From positions 62,001-126,000 of the forward strand of contig JAHLWZ010000676.1 in assembly GCA_020536535.1 (NCBI GenBank): DNA of 64,000 nucleotides. The letters are read 5' to 3'. The position numbers and the translations under genes were made by a program. Every line of letters begins with the position of its first letter. The first letter of the stretch is position 1. The notes under the pieces are model-generated. The model did not search any database. It was given only the letters and a program-made list of their open reading frames with translations, and was not told the DNA's origin. Source of the DNA: Pelomyxa schiedti (Eukaryota > Protista > Evosea). Shown here piece by piece: positions 61,301-64,000 of the stretch.

Positions 61301-63478
61301 TGTGGGGTCATCTGCTCAAGAAACTCTACTTGCACGTGAAGTTCACCACTCCCTATTATTATCCTTGGCATTTGGTGCAATCCAACAGGAACTAGATTTA
61401 ACCAAGAATACTACCCAATGGGATTCGTTGATGCTTTGGGCAGAAGAAGGTTTTAAAGATGTCTCTTCTCATTGATTGCTAAAATGGATTTTACTATACA
61501 GGACTGCACCTGTACTACGAACATACATGGGGAGCCGATATTTCGACAAGTCAACCATATGGTAAGACAAAAAGCTCTCAATTCGCTGACAATACCAAAA
61601 AAAAAAAAAAAAATCAAACAAGATCCATACACGACAGACCAGTGGCTCTTCAAATCACAACCACTCTACAACTCTGTTGCTTATTGTGCACAACTGTCAC
61701 CCCTTCTCACCCCACTGGCTATCGAATTTTCACCTGTCACAACACCTTCCCGTACTACTTTAGCAGTCCTTAATCCAAGTGGGTTTGATAAGAGTGGTAT
61801 TGTGCAGATAAGTTGGCTTAATTGCGACCCTTCTTGCACTGTATTCACATCCCCTGGCTCATCTACTGTGACACCCTCATTTACTACAACTGTCGATGGT
61901 GAGGAAGTTTTGAATTTTTGGGCAGATAATGTTCCGTCTGTTGGAATAAGCTATTTTGAAGTAGAAACAAGCTCAGCAAAGAAACTTTACACAGAAAAGG
62001 TTGTTTATTTTTTACTCTTTCACACTTTTTGAATGTAATAGGTGGTAACTGAACAATCATATGACACTTTGTATTACACCCTAAAAGTGGAGTCCAATGG
62101 CAAAATTAGCAGCATTTTTGACAAGCAATTGCAACAAGAGATCGTTGAATCATCTGTTTACTCTATGAACCAATTCATTTATGTTCCTGGTAAGCACCAC
62201 TCCTTTTTTCATTTTTATTCACGTACACTTCAAAATAGGTACTGACAATAGCGACCAACGAACCTTTTCCTCGGCAGTGATTACACAAACCGAAAATGAT
62301 ATATACGTAGAAGTGACAATATCTTCACAGCTCTCTCCCTGGTTCTCGTCGGTTGTACAAAAAATACGCCTCTACAAAACAACCAAGTTGATTGAATTTG
62401 AAAATACGGTACTGTTTTTACATAAACTCCAAACTAAACTCCCAAGATGGAAAAACTGGATACGATATCCAAAGAAGCTCTTTATTTTGCTTTCCCATTT
62501 AATGTTGATGGCGGTGAAATGAGGTTGGAAATGACTGGTGGTGTAATGTCAGTGGAGAGAGACCAGTTATCAGGAGCCTGCAGAGACTGGATGGCAATAC
62601 AGGTGATATAAACAGAGAAATAAAGAATAAAATCCTGAGAGTCTCACATCACAGGATTCAATTGGAGTAGTTTCCTCTCCATTCTCAGTGTTACTGTCAT
62701 CGCCTGATACCCCACTTTTTGTAATAGGAAAAATCAAGTGCGTACTGACTTATACCTCCCTCTCGTTAAAGCACTTTTACAGTGTCCTAACATGGCAGAC
62801 CGAACTTGATATATCCAACACAACGCTATTTGCATACACCGAAAATAATTACTGGGTATAAATGTGTACTTGTTTAGGAGCCACTAACACCTGTTACCTA
62901 ACAGGATACAAACTACAAAGCCTCACAAGGAGGAGTTATCACATTCAGATATGCTATTACTAGTATGTCTGGGAGGGCCACTGACACTGATATTGTCACA
63001 TTTGGACAGGTAATTCCAAATTTCAATAGTAACCAAAAAAAGAAACGAGGCACGCCAAATCAATAACTTTATCCCATAACAGAGTTATGCCCTGCCAATG
63101 CTCGGGCTTACACTTCCCAAGATAAGCACATCCACCAGCACCGATTCATCAATTTCCTTCCTCAGCGTTGTGTACTCATCAGCCACAACGACACTGTATC
63201 CCCACGCCAGGATTCTATCAGTTCTTCCGTCAGATTCCACTGACAACGGATTCTTGGTCCGGATACAGGAAACAATTGGCACAGACGCAATGGTGTATCT
63301 GAACCTATCTCAAACTGCATTCGGGAAAGGATACCCGTCCGCACAGCAAGTGGACTTACTTGAGAAAAATGGGGTTTCTCTTAGTGTCTCGACTGATCAA
63401 AAAACAGGCAACTATCTAGTCAAACTCTGGCTTGGACCCTATTCCCTCTCAACAATCCTCATCTCCTTCCCCAAATAA
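58330..63478 (+). CDS. Secreted GH38 alpha-mannosidase-like protein, bacterial type, with extra beta-sandwich domains
   Basis: Signal-like N-terminus; FPGFQAGPSD.WAG (PL4 domain III-like); IPHSHLDIGY (Zn ligands); ITDVPGFSW (nucleophile); LAVLNPSGF, YFE, KIRLYKTTKLIEFEN, YFAFPFNV, FRYAITS; many introns. Confidence 0.88.
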
Positions 63479-63649
63479 ACCTAAAAACAAGCGCAGTCAA
63501 TGGCCATGACACCACTCCCCTGCGCTATAAACCCGCACAAAGGTTCATTCATTTTTTTTTTCACCGATGGTGCACTTCGCCAATAGTGGCAATGTGCAGG
63601 TTCGTCCGTTCCATCGAAAAAAGAAACGAACTTTTTTTCGAACGAAACC

Positions 63650-64000
63650 ATGGGTTGGGATACGAGGGGGTGTCGCCTCGCCTTGTCGATATTGTTCGCC
63701 GTTGTTCTGTGTATGCGTTGTGGCAGTTCCATTGTGACGCCTCATCATCGCCACGAGAGGGGGGACGGTCGTGATCACAGGGTACTACTGACATTGACAC
63801 CATCGAAACCCACCACGAAATATTTGCTTGCTGTTGTTCCTAACATAACTGTGGGTGTCATGTTATAGACTCAAGGGAACCGAGGGCTAGTGGACGAGTT
63901 CATTCACGTTCATATCATACCTCACAGCCATTGTGATGTTGGGTGTGTTTTTTTTTCTGCATACACATTATGCGCGGCTTTTGGTATCTAACTTTCCCCT
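63650..64000 (+). CDS. Second GH38 alpha-mannosidase, 5' part only
   Basis: Signal peptide MGWDTRGCRLALSILFAVVLC; next exon IHVHIIPHSHCDVG followed by a GT donor; runs off the window. Confidence 0.8.

Overview
Eukaryotic, very gene-dense genomic DNA with about 30 protein-coding loci, many short spliceosomal introns (about 35-200 nt, mostly GT-AG) and the standard genetic code. I saw no rRNA, tRNA, CRISPR array or intact transposase. The actin sequence, gene families and intronless lineage-specific repeat-family genes point to an anaerobic amoebozoan (Archamoebae, Pelomyxa-like); this taxonomic call is inference. Recognisable genes: NT-C2/coiled-coil protein, actin, a MYRF/MrfA-like self-cleaving membrane transcription factor, a tandem class II aldolase, a 5xWW protein, a bacterial-type SAM methyltransferase, two head-to-head ABCG half-transporters, a possible CudA-like factor, a RING/YPP protein, an SLC43-like MFS transporter, a FYVE-Slob pseudokinase, a divergent RING-GNAT / myristoylated LRR-ADP-ribosylhydrolase pair, a Crinkler-type REase-kinase, a Rho GTPase, endonuclease IV, a bacterial-type DsrE protein and two tandem GH38 mannosidases. 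Decayed ARF, NHL and ankyrin relics and a foldback palindrome cluster are also present. The best candidate for a new system is the RING-GNAT / LRR-ARH divergent pair at 34.7-40.0 kb. All gene models were spliced by hand, so exon boundaries and some ends are approximate.
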